In this document: positions 37,052-46,560 of the stretch, piece by piece | How the letters are laid out: every line of letters begins with the position of its first letter | How positions within the stretch are numbered: position 1 is the first letter of the stretch | Assembly: GCA_021325275.1 (NCBI GenBank) | Contig: JAJPHL010000035.1 | Location: 54,916-118,915 of the forward strand | Origin: Terriglobia bacterium | Lineage (GTDB): Bacteria; Acidobacteriota; Terriglobia; JAJPHL01 | Length of the DNA: 64,000 bases | Reading direction: 5' to 3' | The notes under the pieces: generated by a model | What the model was told of the DNA's origin: nothing | Databases searched by the model: none | What the model saw: only the letters and a program-made list of their open reading frames with translations | Translations under genes and position numbers: made by a program

Positions 37052-38701
37052 TTAGTGGGAAGCGGTGCGCGCGGGGCCGTACAGCACCTTTCCAGGACGC
37101 GCGGCCGTAACCGTTTTCCCGTCGAAAACCACTTCGCCGTTCACGATCACGGTGGAAAAGCCTTCGGCATATTGGTGCGGCTTGTCGAACGTGGCGAGAT
37201 CGCGCACACGGTCGGGATCGAAGACCGCGATGTCAGCCTTCATGCCTTCGCGCAACAATCCACGATCCGCCAATCCGAGGCGCTGCGCGGGAAGCGTGGT
37301 CATGCGCCGCACTGCGTCTTCCAGGGTGATCACTTTCTTCTCGCGCACGTACACGCCCAACACGCGGGCCCACGTTCCGTAGCTCCGGGGATGCGGCGCT
37401 TCTTTGCCGAAATTCGGAATTTCGCCGTCGGAGGCGATCATCGTGCCCGGATAACGCAGAATTCGCACCAGATCGTCTTCACTGATGGCGTGAAAAACGC
37501 CTTGGCAGCCGCCTTTCTCGACGATCCACAGCGCGGCCTCGGCGGCATTCTCGACCGTCGGGGAATTTCCGCGAAGTTGGGCGACCTCCGCTAAATTCTT
37601 TCCCGCGAGTGACGTATCCCAGTCGCAGCGCGACAACACTACGTTCTTGGGATCGCCGCCGCCGCGTTCTTCGCGAATCAAGCGCGCCGCTTCCGTTGCG
37701 ATTCGGGCGCGCGTCGCCTGATCCTTCAGGCGTTCGAGGACGCGCGCGCGTCCGCCTTCTTGCGCCCATGACGGAAACAGCGCCGCCTGAATGCTGGTGC
37801 TCGACGCCGTGTACGGATACTGATCCACAGACGCGTCCACGCCGCGGCGTCGCGCTTCTTCGATCAAGCGAATCGTCTCCGCGCTCTGTCCCCAGTACGT
37901 CTTGCCGATGATCTTGTGATGCGTCACTTGCGTCGGTAATCCGCCGTTCTCGCCGATGGCAATGGTTTCCTTGACGCTATCGACCACGTGCGACGCTTCG
38001 TCGCGCATATGAGAAATATAAATCCCGCCAAAACGTCCGGCCACGCGCGCGAGATCCGTGACTTCCTCGGTTGAGCTGAAACTCCCCGGCACGTAGAACA
38101 ATCCCGAGCTGAGACCGAACGCGCCGTCCTTCATTCCCTGCTCGACAAGCGCGCGCATTTGGGCCATTTCCTCGGGCGACGGCTTGCGGTCAACTTGGCC
38201 CATCACGGCTTCGCGCACCGAGCCTTGGCCGAGGAACGCGCCGATGTTCACGGATTTTCGCAACGCCTCGAGCTGCGCGAAGAACGGGGCGATCGGCACG
38301 GGTGAACTACCGTCGGGTCCTTCGATCAGCGTGGTGACACCTTGGCGAATGTAATTGTCAGCGGTGGGAACGTTGAAAATGTTGCGGCGCGCGTGACTGT
38401 GGATGTCGATGAATCCCGGCGCGACGACTTCGCTGTGTACGTCGATGGTTTGCCGCGCCGGTTCGTCGATCTTGTAGGCGATCCGCGCGATGCGGTCGCC
38501 GCGAATCGCAACGTCGGCGTGATACCAAGGATTCCCGCTGCCGTCGATGACACGCGCGTTCTTCAGCAGCAGATCATATGGTTGCGCTTGCGCGAACAAG
38601 ATGCAGGAAAAAAGAAAAATGCAACCGCAGATAAACGCGGATAAACGCAGATGGGCGATTGGTTTATGTCTGCGTTCGTCTGCGTTCATCTGCGGTTGCA
38701 T
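37052..38701 (-). CDS. D-aminoacylase / N-acyl-D-amino-acid deacylase (amidohydrolase superfamily), secreted
   Basis: LLKNARVIDGSG...ADVAIRGDRIARI, metal site GFIDIHSH, catalytic region ISHMRDE. The first ~27 codons of the track ORF are encoded by REP copy 3 and are probably not translated; the true start is likely a non-ATG codon before the signal peptide IFLFSCILFAQA (~38620). Confidence 0.8.
   Translation of the reverse strand: MQPQMNADERRHKPIAHLRLSAFICGCIFLFSCILFAQAQPYDLLLKNARVIDGSGNPWYHADVAIRGDRIARIAYKIDEPARQTIDVHSEVVAPGFIDIHSHARRNIFNVPTADNYIRQGVTTLIEGPDGSSPVPIAPFFAQLEALRKSVNIGAFLGQGSVREAVMGQVDRKPSPEEMAQMRALVEQGMKDGAFGLSSGLFYVPGSFSSTEEVTDLARVAGRFGGIYISHMRDEASHVVDSVKETIAIGENGGLPTQVTHHKIIGKTYWGQSAETIRLIEEARRRGVDASVDQYPYTASSTSIQAALFPSWAQEGGRARVLERLKDQATRARIATEAARLIREERGGGDPKNVVLSRCDWDTSLAGKNLAEVAQLRGNSPTVENAAEAALWIVEKGGCQGVFHAISEDDLVRILRYPGTMIASDGEIPNFGKEAPHPRSYGTWARVLGVYVREKKVITLEDAVRRMTTLPAQRLGLADRGLLREGMKADIAVFDPDRVRDLATFDKPHQYAEGFSTVIVNGEVVFDGKTVTAARPGKVLYGPARTASH
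38621..38700. repeat. REP-like palindromic element, family A copy 3
   Basis: GCAACCGCAGATAAACGCGGATAAACGCAGATGG ... TCTGCGTTCGTCTGCGTTCATCTGCGGTTGC. Lies between pepA and the D-aminoacylase gene, same strand. Confidence 0.8.
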
Positions 38702-40156
38702 TTAGCTTTTCTCGAAGCCCATCGCCAACTCGATCAATGACCGCACGGCGATCCCCGACGATCCCTTGGCGATAAACGCCTTGTTGTCGTCGATCCACGC
38801 GCAGCCGGCGATATCGAGGTGAATCCATGGCGTGTCGGCGACAAATTCCTTTAGGAACCACGCCGCGGTGATCGCGCCGCCGTAGCGTCCGCCGGTGTTT
38901 AGAAGGTCCGCGACCATGCCTTTGATTTGCTCGCGGTAGTCGTCGTCCATCGGCATGGGCCACATTTTTTCGCCGGCGGTTTTGGCGCACTTCAAGAAGC
39001 GTTCCTGATACGCTTCGTCGTTCGTGAAGACGCCGACGTTCACTTTGCCGAGCGCGACGCTGATCGCGCCCGTCAGCGTGGCCGCGTCGATCAAATGCGT
39101 GCAGCCTTGCAGCCGCGCGTAGTGCAAAGCGTCGGCGAGAATCAAACGGCCTTCGGCGTCGGTGTTGATAATCTCAATCGACTTGCCGGACATCGCGATG
39201 CGCACGTCGCCGGGTTTTTGCGCCTTGCCGTCGGGCATATTCTCGGTGGCGGGCACGAAACACTGAATGCGCACCGCCGGTTTCAGCAGCGCGATCGCGC
39301 GCATCGCGCCGAGCATCGCCGCGCCGCCGGCCATGTCGTACTTCATCAGATCCATGGAGTCGGCCGGCTTGATGGAGATGCCGCCGGTATCGAACGTCAC
39401 ACCCTTTCCGACCAGTCCCAGCACGCGGTCCGTCACCGCCGTCTCGGGGTTGTAGCGCAGGTGAATGAACTTGGGCGGCTCCTCGCTCCCCAGCGACACC
39501 GAAAGGAACGAGCCCATCTTCAGTTCCTCGCAGCGCGCGCGGTCGAGGATTTCGCATTCCAATCCCACTTCCGCGGCCATGGCGCGGGCGCGTTCCGCCA
39601 GAATCGTGGGCGTCATGTAGTTGCCCGGCTCGTTCACCAAGTCGCGCGTGAAATTCTGCGAATCTCCGATGATGCGCCCGCGTTCGAGCGCCGCGCGCGT
39701 TTCCGCCGTCGCCGCCGCGGCCACGTGAAATGCGCCCACGTGCTTGTCGTCGGCGCGACCGTCGGTCTTGTAGCGGCCGGGATCGAAGTCGGCGACCAGC
39801 GCGCCTTCCACAGACGCTTGCACCGCCGCGCCGGGATCCGCTACGCCGTCGGGAACAAACGTCATATTGGCAAGCGACTTCGGTTTCAGCAAGCGCACCG
39901 CGACTCCCGCCGCGCGGCGCAGTTCGTATGTTCCGAATTTCTCGCGCTTCCCTCCGCCAATCGCGATGACGCGCTTCGTCGCGATTCCGACGACGTTGTG
40001 GAAGGTGGCCGTCTCGTACAATTTTGTCGGCAGATCGCCGGTTGCGCTCAGCGGCGCCAGCGCGGGGTGCGACGGCGTTTCTTTGTCGAACGCGACAAAT
40101 GCCAGCGCGTCGGTGGAAATGCTTTCGATAGGTTGGTGGTTGAGTTGAATGTCCAT
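38702..40156 (-). CDS. pepA: Leucyl aminopeptidase (M17 family)
   Basis: NTDAEGRLILADAL, VGKGVTFDTGGISIKP, MKYDMAGGAA. Confidence 0.9.
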   Translation of the reverse strand: MDIQLNHQPIESISTDALAFVAFDKETPSHPALAPLSATGDLPTKLYETATFHNVVGIATKRVIAIGGGKREKFGTYELRRAAGVAVRLLKPKSLANMTFVPDGVADPGAAVQASVEGALVADFDPGRYKTDGRADDKHVGAFHVAAAATAETRAALERGRIIGDSQNFTRDLVNEPGNYMTPTILAERARAMAAEVGLECEILDRARCEELKMGSFLSVSLGSEEPPKFIHLRYNPETAVTDRVLGLVGKGVTFDTGGISIKPADSMDLMKYDMAGGAAMLGAMRAIALLKPAVRIQCFVPATENMPDGKAQKPGDVRIAMSGKSIEIINTDAEGRLILADALHYARLQGCTHLIDAATLTGAISVALGKVNVGVFTNDEAYQERFLKCAKTAGEKMWPMPMDDDYREQIKGMVADLLNTGGRYGGAITAAWFLKEFVADTPWIHLDIAGCAWIDDNKAFIAKGSSGIAVRSLIELAMGFEKS

Positions 40157-40165
40157 AAGTTCGGG

Positions 40166-40678
40166 TTAGTGGTTGTAGCGGGCTTTCGAGGAGTTCACGG
40201 CTCGCTTGGCTTCCATGTCCGCCTCGCGGCGGCGAATGGTTTCGCGCTTGTCCCACTCTTTCTTGCCCTTGGCGACGGCCACTTCGGCCTTGATTCGTCC
40301 CCGCTTCAAGTATACCCGCAACGGAATCAAGGTCACGCCGCCCTCGCGCGTGGTTCCCTGCAGGCGATGAAGCTGCGCCTTGTGGACCAGCAGTTTTCTG
40401 GTCCGGAGCGCTTCGTGATTCATGTAATTTCCGTGGCTATAGGGGCTGATGTTGCAGTTCATCAGCCACAATTCGCCGCCCTTGAGCTGCGCGTAGGCGT
40501 CCACCAGACTCACGCGGCCGTTCCGCGCCGACTTCACTTCTGTGCCGGTGAGCACGATGCCCGCTTCGAAGCGATCCTGGAAGAAATAGTCGTGGTGGGC
40601 GCGCCGATTCACTCCGAGGTCGCGCTCGGGGGCGTCTCCCTTGGCCTTTTCTGCTTTGGAATCATGTGGTTTGCTCAT
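40166..40678 (-). CDS. smpB: SsrA-binding protein
   Basis: NRRAHHDYF...GIVLTGTEVKS...NISPY; the basic C-terminal tail is typical. Confidence 0.9.
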   Translation of the reverse strand: MSKPHDSKAEKAKGDAPERDLGVNRRAHHDYFFQDRFEAGIVLTGTEVKSARNGRVSLVDAYAQLKGGELWLMNCNISPYSHGNYMNHEALRTRKLLVHKAQLHRLQGTTREGGVTLIPLRVYLKRGRIKAEVAVAKGKKEWDKRETIRRREADMEAKRAVNSSKARYNH

Positions 40679-40752
40679 ATCGAAAGGCCGAAAAACAGGT
40701 CAACGACTCGGGCGTAGGTATCGTCTTATCTCAAGAAGTCCGGAAGAACAGA

Positions 40753-43293
40753 ATGTTAACACAGTCTTTTTGCGCCCTCGTCGCGCCCCGCCATTTCCAT
40801 CAGCGACTCGCCCGAACCCGTATTGTGGTCGCTTTCATTCTCGCGTTTCTCATGGCCGCTCCTCCCGCACCCGCGTCGGTGTTTGGAGGCGCGGGCAGCG
40901 GCGAATTCAAGGCCGCACAGAAGGCCGAAGCCGCCGGCAATCTCGACCTTGCCACCGAGCTTTATCAAAAAGCCTTCGAAAAAGACCGCAAGAACATGAA
41001 CTACGAAACGGCCTTGCGCCGCACACGCTTTGCGGCGGGCATGAAGCACGTGGACAACGGTCACAAGCTGCGCGACCAGAACAAACTGGACGAAGCGCTC
41101 GAGGAATTCCGCAAAGCGCGGTTGATCGATCCTTCTACCTCGATCAGCGAGCAGGAAATCAACCGGACGCTGCAAATGATCGAGACGCTGAAGGCCAACG
41201 CCGCCGCCGAACCGCTGACGCCGCAGCAAAAAGAGAAAAAAGAATACGAGATTCGCATGCAGCGCGCCGAAGGGCCGCCGGAGTTGAAGCCGTTTTCGCG
41301 CTCGCCCATCAACGTGCGCATGACCAACGAGTCGAAAACAATTTTCGAGACCATCGGGCGGTTGGCCGGCGTCAACGTGCTCACCGATCCCGATTATCAG
41401 AGTCGCCGGATCACGGTGGACCTGGCGAACAGCACGCTGGAAGACGCCCTCGACTACGCCAGCATTCTCTCGAAAACAAAGTGGGCGCCGCTGAACGAAA
41501 ACACCATCGTGATCTATCAGGACAGTCGCGCGCGCGACCATGATCCGCTGATCATGAAGACGTTCTACCTCACCAACACCGTGAAGGACACCGAGATCAC
41601 CGAAATCACGCAGGTGTTGCGCAACATGCTTGAGAACATCAAGCTGATGCAGGTGAATTCGCAGAACGCCATCGTGATCCGCGCCACGCCGGACCAAATG
41701 GCGGTGGCGGAAAAAATTATCGCCGATATCGACAAGGCGAAGTCGGAAGTGGTGGTCGATGTAACGGTGTTGGCCGTGGAGCGCGACTTGAGCAAAACGC
41801 TCGGCATCACGCCCGTTTCCGGCGGCGCGCCGGGACTCACGCTGCCGGCCTCGTTCACCGGCGGCATCGCGGGCGCGGCCGCTTCCACGGTGGGCACGAC
41901 CACCGGCAACACAACCACCACCCCAACGACGGGCACGGGAACCACCGGCAGCACCACCGGAAACGTGATTCCCTTAAGCCAGCTTCCGCATCTCAGCATC
42001 AATCAGTGGAGCACCACGCTGCCCGGCGCGTCGCTCACCGCGATCCTGAGCGATGGTCACACCAAGATTCTGCAGAATCCGCAAGTGCGCGCCTCGGATG
42101 GACAAACCGCGAAACTCCGCGTGGGCGAACGCGTGCCGATCGCCACGGGAACTTTTTCCACCGGCATCGTCGCCACGGGCGGATTGCCCGCCGCACAAAC
42201 GTCGTTCCAGTACACCGACGTCGGCGTGATCATGGAAATTACGCCGCGCGTCAACGGAATCCATGAAGTGTCGTTGAAGCTGGTGATCGAAATTTCCGCA
42301 GTGAACTCCTACGTCACGATCGGCGGCGTGCAACAGCCGGTGATCGGGCAGCGCCGCGTGGAACAGGATATTCGCCTGAAGGAAGGCGAGATCAACGTGC
42401 TCGGCGGAATTATCCAGGATCAAACGTCGATCACCAAGGCGGGCGTACCGCTCTTGGGATCGCTGCCGTTGATCGGACACTTCTTCTCGCAGGATCAAAC
42501 CACGGTCTCGCAAAGTGAAGTGCTGATCGTGCTGACGCCGCACATCGTGCGCAGCGCGGATGTTTCCGAGCTGAACCTGCGCGGCATCGACACCGGCACC
42601 GCGACGAACACGCAAGTGCGCTATCGCGGCGTCGCGATGCAGGAAACGGCGCCGGGTGCGCCACCTACGAATACACCAAGTTCCGCGCCGAATGCGCCGG
42701 CAGCGACAGGCACCACGTCTCCATTGTCTGGCGCGCCGTCCGGCGCAGTGCCTGGCGCGCCGGCCACGGGTGGTGGTGCCGCGGTTGGTGCAGCGCCGAC
42801 GCCGGGCGTGTCGGCGGTGCCTGGTGCAGCGGCCAATCCAACAGCTCCGGCGGCGGTGGATGCGTCAACAGGTCCGATGCAGTTGCGTTTCCGCGAAAAC
42901 AATGTGAACGCCGTGGTTGGTACGAGCTTCTCGCTGAATCTTGAATTGGTGAATGCGCAAGACGTGAACGCCGTGCCGTTCCAGTTGCGCTTCGATCCGA
43001 AAGTGCTGAAGTTGCTGACCACCGTCTCCGGCGACTTCCTCGACAAAGACGGCCAGCGCTCCAGCATGGTCCCGACCATCGACGCCAACACAGGCACCGG
43101 CATGATCGCGCTGACGCGTCCACCGACTGCGCCGGGTGTTTCCGGCACGGGACGTCTGGTAACGCTGACCTTCGAGCCGATCGCCGCCGGTTCGGCGTCG
43201 GTGCAGGTGTTCGGCGGGACGGCGCGAGGTCCCGGGCATGAACCGAAACCATTGGCGGCCTCCGCGGCGTCCATTACAGTGAAAGACAAATGA
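40753..43293 (+). CDS. Secretin (GspD/PilQ superfamily) with N-terminal TPR-like region and C-terminal cohesin-like beta-sandwich domain
   Basis: Secretin core (ILQNPQVRASDGQTAKLRVGERVPI, VIMEITPRVNGIHEVSLKLVIEIS, VPLLGSLPLIGHFFSQDQT...VLIVLTPHIV). Thr/Gly-rich linker and a Pro/Ala-rich spacer. C-terminal ~150 aa resemble type-I cohesin (MQLRFRENNVNAVVGTSFSLNLELVNAQDVNAVPFQLRFDPKVLKL...GTGRLVTLTFEPIAAGSASV). Confidence 0.7.
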   Translation: MLTQSFCALVAPRHFHQRLARTRIVVAFILAFLMAAPPAPASVFGGAGSGEFKAAQKAEAAGNLDLATELYQKAFEKDRKNMNYETALRRTRFAAGMKHVDNGHKLRDQNKLDEALEEFRKARLIDPSTSISEQEINRTLQMIETLKANAAAEPLTPQQKEKKEYEIRMQRAEGPPELKPFSRSPINVRMTNESKTIFETIGRLAGVNVLTDPDYQSRRITVDLANSTLEDALDYASILSKTKWAPLNENTIVIYQDSRARDHDPLIMKTFYLTNTVKDTEITEITQVLRNMLENIKLMQVNSQNAIVIRATPDQMAVAEKIIADIDKAKSEVVVDVTVLAVERDLSKTLGITPVSGGAPGLTLPASFTGGIAGAAASTVGTTTGNTTTTPTTGTGTTGSTTGNVIPLSQLPHLSINQWSTTLPGASLTAILSDGHTKILQNPQVRASDGQTAKLRVGERVPIATGTFSTGIVATGGLPAAQTSFQYTDVGVIMEITPRVNGIHEVSLKLVIEISAVNSYVTIGGVQQPVIGQRRVEQDIRLKEGEINVLGGIIQDQTSITKAGVPLLGSLPLIGHFFSQDQTTVSQSEVLIVLTPHIVRSADVSELNLRGIDTGTATNTQVRYRGVAMQETAPGAPPTNTPSSAPNAPAATGTTSPLSGAPSGAVPGAPATGGGAAVGAAPTPGVSAVPGAAANPTAPAAVDASTGPMQLRFRENNVNAVVGTSFSLNLELVNAQDVNAVPFQLRFDPKVLKLLTTVSGDFLDKDGQRSSMVPTIDANTGTGMIALTRPPTAPGVSGTGRLVTLTFEPIAAGSASVQVFGGTARGPGHEPKPLAASAASITVKDK

Positions 43294-43772
43294 TGCGGCT
43301 GGCTTTTCAATCGCGGCAAGCGAGCGAGCGCGGCATGTCGCTCGTGGAGTTGATCGTGTCCTGCACGATCCTCCTGGTGCTAACGATGCTGGCGCTGCCT
43401 CTGGCGCGCGTGCGCATCAAGCGCTCGAAGGAAGCGGAACTGCGCTACGATCTGCGCGAAATGCGCGAGGCGATCAATCGCTACAAGGACGCTTCCGATC
43501 GCGGATTGATTCAGGTGAAGGTCGGCACGGAGGGTTATCCGCCGGATTTGGAAACGCTGGTGAAGGGCGTCGACGTCGTGGGTCAGGTGGACAAGAAATT
43601 CCGCTTTCTGCGGCGCATTCCCATGGACCCCATGACCCATTCCACCGAGTGGGGCATGCGCTCGATGCAGGACGATCCCACGTCCAGCTCGTTTGGCGGA
43701 CAAAACGTTTTCGATGTATTCACGAAGAGTCAGGACAAGGCGCTCGATGGAACGAAATATGCAGACTGGTAA
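43290..43772 (+). CDS. Type IV pilin / type II pseudopilin-like protein (prepilin N-terminal methylation motif)
   Basis: Leader then G|MSLVELIVSCTILLVLTMLAL (a G/FTLIE-type variant with Glu at +5). Overlaps the secretin stop by 4 nt. Confidence 0.55.
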   Translation: MMRLAFQSRQASERGMSLVELIVSCTILLVLTMLALPLARVRIKRSKEAELRYDLREMREAINRYKDASDRGLIQVKVGTEGYPPDLETLVKGVDVVGQVDKKFRFLRRIPMDPMTHSTEWGMRSMQDDPTSSSFGGQNVFDVFTKSQDKALDGTKYADW

Positions 43773-44157
43773 CGCGCGGCGCGGCTTCACGATCCTCGAA
43801 CTGGTGGTCGTCATGGCGATCATCGTGACGCTGGTGGCCATTGGTGTGCCCACGTACACCAAGTCGATCATCCGCGCGCGCGAGGCCGTGCTGCACGATC
43901 AGCTCTTCACCATGCGTCAAATGATCGACGAATACACAATGGACAAACAGCAAGCGCCGCAGTCGCTCGACGACCTGGTTTCCGAAGGCTATTTGCGCGA
44001 AATCCCCAAGGATCCGATTACGAACTCGCGTTCGTCGTGGAAAATCGACATGGAGGATTCTCTGAAAGCCGCCGACCAAACACAGCCCGGCATGGTGGAC
44101 GTTCACAGCGGCGCGACCGGCACGTCCCTCGACGGGACGGCGTATTCCACTTGGTAG
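43759..44157 (+). CDS. Type IV pilin / pseudopilin-like protein (canonical GFTILE prepilin motif)
   Basis: MQTGNARRG|FTILELVVVMAIIVTLVAIGVP. Start chosen at the Met giving a short leader; the track ORF extends upstream to 43693 (TTG). Confidence 0.6.
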   Translation: MQTGNARRGFTILELVVVMAIIVTLVAIGVPTYTKSIIRAREAVLHDQLFTMRQMIDEYTMDKQQAPQSLDDLVSEGYLREIPKDPITNSRSSWKIDMEDSLKAADQTQPGMVDVHSGATGTSLDGTAYSTW

Positions 44158-44194
44158 CGTCACTGGAACACGGAAAAGGCCTGTTCCAATAACG

Positions 44195-46093
44195 CTAGTC
44201 TTCCAGCATCCGCCGGATACGCATCAATTCCCCCAGCGACCAAGCTTGGAACGGACATCCCGCCGGTGTGTGCGGCGCGTCGCCGTCGGCAATTTCCGGA
44301 ACGTGACCGAGGCCGTATTCTTCGAGTCGCGCTCGCAGCGGTTCGAAGAAGCGCACGCGTGCTTCGTTCTTCGCCGCGGCCGAATCAAAAGCCGAACTTC
44401 GGCTGGATGGGCCTGCCGATTCGTTGCGCACGCGCAGCCACGCTTCCACGAACGCTCCCATGAGCCACGGCCACGCGGTGCCATTGTGGTATGCGGCGTC
44501 GCGATCGGCGGGCGATCCGGTGTAGTGCGGCGCGTATCCGGGCGATCCGGGCGCGAGCGTGCGCAATCCCAGCGGCGTGAGCAGGCGTTTTTCTACGGCG
44601 TCCACCACGCGACGCGCCGGCGGGCCCGAGAGAATCGCCAACGGCAATCCGCCGACGGCGAAAATCTGATTCGGCCGGAACGATTCGTCCGCGGGATCGG
44701 CGACGTCCAGCAAATATCCGCGCGACTCGCTCCAGAATTTCGCGAAGAACGCCGCGCACCCGCGCTCGAATTCGTCGGTGCGTCCGGCGAGTTTCAACGC
44801 GTTCAACCACAGTGCTTGAATTTCCACGGGCTTGCCGACACGCGGCGTCATCGCGTGGCCGTTGGCGCGCGCGTCCATCCATGTAAGCTGCGATCCCGGC
44901 TCGCCGGCGGCCAACAATCCGTCGGCATCCATGCGGATTCCAAAGCGCGTGCCCGCGGTGTAGCCGTCGAGGATCGCGTGGGCCGCGGCGACGATGCGCT
45001 TCTTGTCTTCCCGGCCCAAAGCCAAGCGGCGAATCGTCTCAAAGGCGGCGATCACGAACCACAGCGACGCGTCGACGGAGTTGTACTCGGGAGCGCTCCC
45101 GAAATCGGCGAAGCGATTCGGCAGCATGCCTTGCGAAACGCATCCTGACCACTCGCGCAGGATCGCGGCAGCGACTTTGGGTCCGCACAAACCGCGCACG
45201 GAAATGAATGTGTCGCGCCCCCAGTCGGTGAACCAGGGATAGCCCGCGACAATCGTTTGCCCCTTACCGCGGCGGACCACGTAGGCGCGCGCCGCGCGAT
45301 CCATCGCGTCGCGCAACGGCCGGCGCCGACGCGCTTCCGACACCATGATCACGCGATGGGCGGGCGCGTTGCGATCGGTGGATAGCGTGATGAAGGAATC
45401 GGTGGACGTTAGGTCGAACCACAACGCGCCCGGCACAGCGAGGTCTTCGGTGGCATCGAGTCCGCGATGCGCTTCTTGAGTGTAGAAGAAGTGGCGATAC
45501 CAATTGGGCGCGTGTTCGTAAGACCCGTTGGTCCGCACGCAAATTTCCGGCACGCCGTCATAGGGGCGCCAAACGAGCAGCGCGCCGGGCTTCCCGGCAT
45601 TTTCGGTGCGCTCGGGATCGAAGCGAAACGCGGGATTCTCTTTGTGCAGCGCGTGATAGTCGCGTCCGGAAAACAGCAGACGTACGCACAATCGCGCCGG
45701 ACTCTTTGACCCGCTGGTCGCCGCGCCCATGAGTCGCCAGCGCATCGTGACCGTCGGCGAGTTCTGCACGGCGACGATTTCGTGTTCCACGCGCGTGCCA
45801 TCGTCAAGGCGATAGATCCAGCGCGGCCAGGGGCGATAGTGAAACTCGCGAATGCGCTGCGCGCCGTCGGGATGCACCACGTCACCGGCATAGCGCTGCG
45901 AGGAAATCGGATACGTGCCGGCGCTGGTGGTTACCGACGCTTCCAGTCCGTTCACCAGCACGAATCGGCCGGTCGGAGGAGTTGTGGCCGCCAGCAGCAG
46001 CGCGTGATAGCGCCGCGTGCGGATTCCGCAAACCGTGCCGGAGGCGAATCCGCCAAGACCATCGGTTTCCAGCCACTCGGAGTCAGGATGCAT
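44195..46093 (-). CDS. Glycogen debranching enzyme-family protein (amylo-alpha-1,6-glucosidase, GDE_N_bis + GDE_C / six-hairpin glycosidase)
   Basis: WLETDGLGGFASGT...RRYHALL N-domain. Catalytic-domain motif YPWFTDWGRDTFISVRGL, LWFVIAAFE. Confidence 0.8.
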   Translation of the reverse strand: MHPDSEWLETDGLGGFASGTVCGIRTRRYHALLLAATTPPTGRFVLVNGLEASVTTSAGTYPISSQRYAGDVVHPDGAQRIREFHYRPWPRWIYRLDDGTRVEHEIVAVQNSPTVTMRWRLMGAATSGSKSPARLCVRLLFSGRDYHALHKENPAFRFDPERTENAGKPGALLVWRPYDGVPEICVRTNGSYEHAPNWYRHFFYTQEAHRGLDATEDLAVPGALWFDLTSTDSFITLSTDRNAPAHRVIMVSEARRRRPLRDAMDRAARAYVVRRGKGQTIVAGYPWFTDWGRDTFISVRGLCGPKVAAAILREWSGCVSQGMLPNRFADFGSAPEYNSVDASLWFVIAAFETIRRLALGREDKKRIVAAAHAILDGYTAGTRFGIRMDADGLLAAGEPGSQLTWMDARANGHAMTPRVGKPVEIQALWLNALKLAGRTDEFERGCAAFFAKFWSESRGYLLDVADPADESFRPNQIFAVGGLPLAILSGPPARRVVDAVEKRLLTPLGLRTLAPGSPGYAPHYTGSPADRDAAYHNGTAWPWLMGAFVEAWLRVRNESAGPSSRSSAFDSAAAKNEARVRFFEPLRARLEEYGLGHVPEIADGDAPHTPAGCPFQAWSLGELMRIRRMLED

Positions 46094-46375
46094 GGCCTAC
46101 GCAATCTAAGGTAGCATTATTGAATGGCTCACAGTTTTTCTCCGAACGAGCACGAGTTGGAGCCGCAACCGGCATCGGGCCGATCCGGCCGCGGAGGGAC
46201 GCGCCGCCCTCGTACGGCGGCCGCCGTCCTCGAAATGCCCGATCCGCCCGAGCGCACGCGCACCAGCACCTTGATGGATCGCTTGCGCGGATTGTTCTCG
46301 CGAAGGCGGAAGCGGAAATAGGTCGAGCGGGCAAGCGCCGATAGCGATATCGATCTCATAAAGCGGTGTGTCCAG

Positions 46376-46503
46376 GTTTTCTCTGCGCCTCTGCGTCTCT
46401 GCGGTGAAAGAACCGCTCGTGGGTGAAATCCTCGTGGGACACGGGCGTAACGACAGGCCTCAGGGGTTTTTCACCGCAGAGACGCAGAGACGCAGAGAAA
46501 ACC
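46376..46503. repeat. REP-like palindromic element, family B (arms GGTTTTCTCTGCGCCTCTGCGTCTCTGCGGTGAAA / TTTCACCGCAGAGACGCAGAGACGCAGAGAAAACC, ~57-nt loop)
   Basis: 35-nt near-perfect inverted arms. The unit CGCAGAGA x3 echoes the CGCAGATn x3 of family A. The loop carries a CTCGTGGG x2 direct repeat. Lies between GDE and aguB, about 58 nt upstream of the aguB start. Confidence 0.75.
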
Positions 46504-46560
46504 TGTTCGGACTCCGCCCGCGATCTGCACAACGCCAGATTCGCGATAAACTATCGAGCG

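Noticed and set aside
37052-38701. A REP-encoded peptide (MQPQMNADERR...) acting as a genuine conserved N-terminal domain shared by several proteins.
   Set aside because: The shared peptide maps exactly onto the nucleotide palindrome copies, so the similarity is at the DNA level. Real signal peptides or starts lie just downstream of the repeat.
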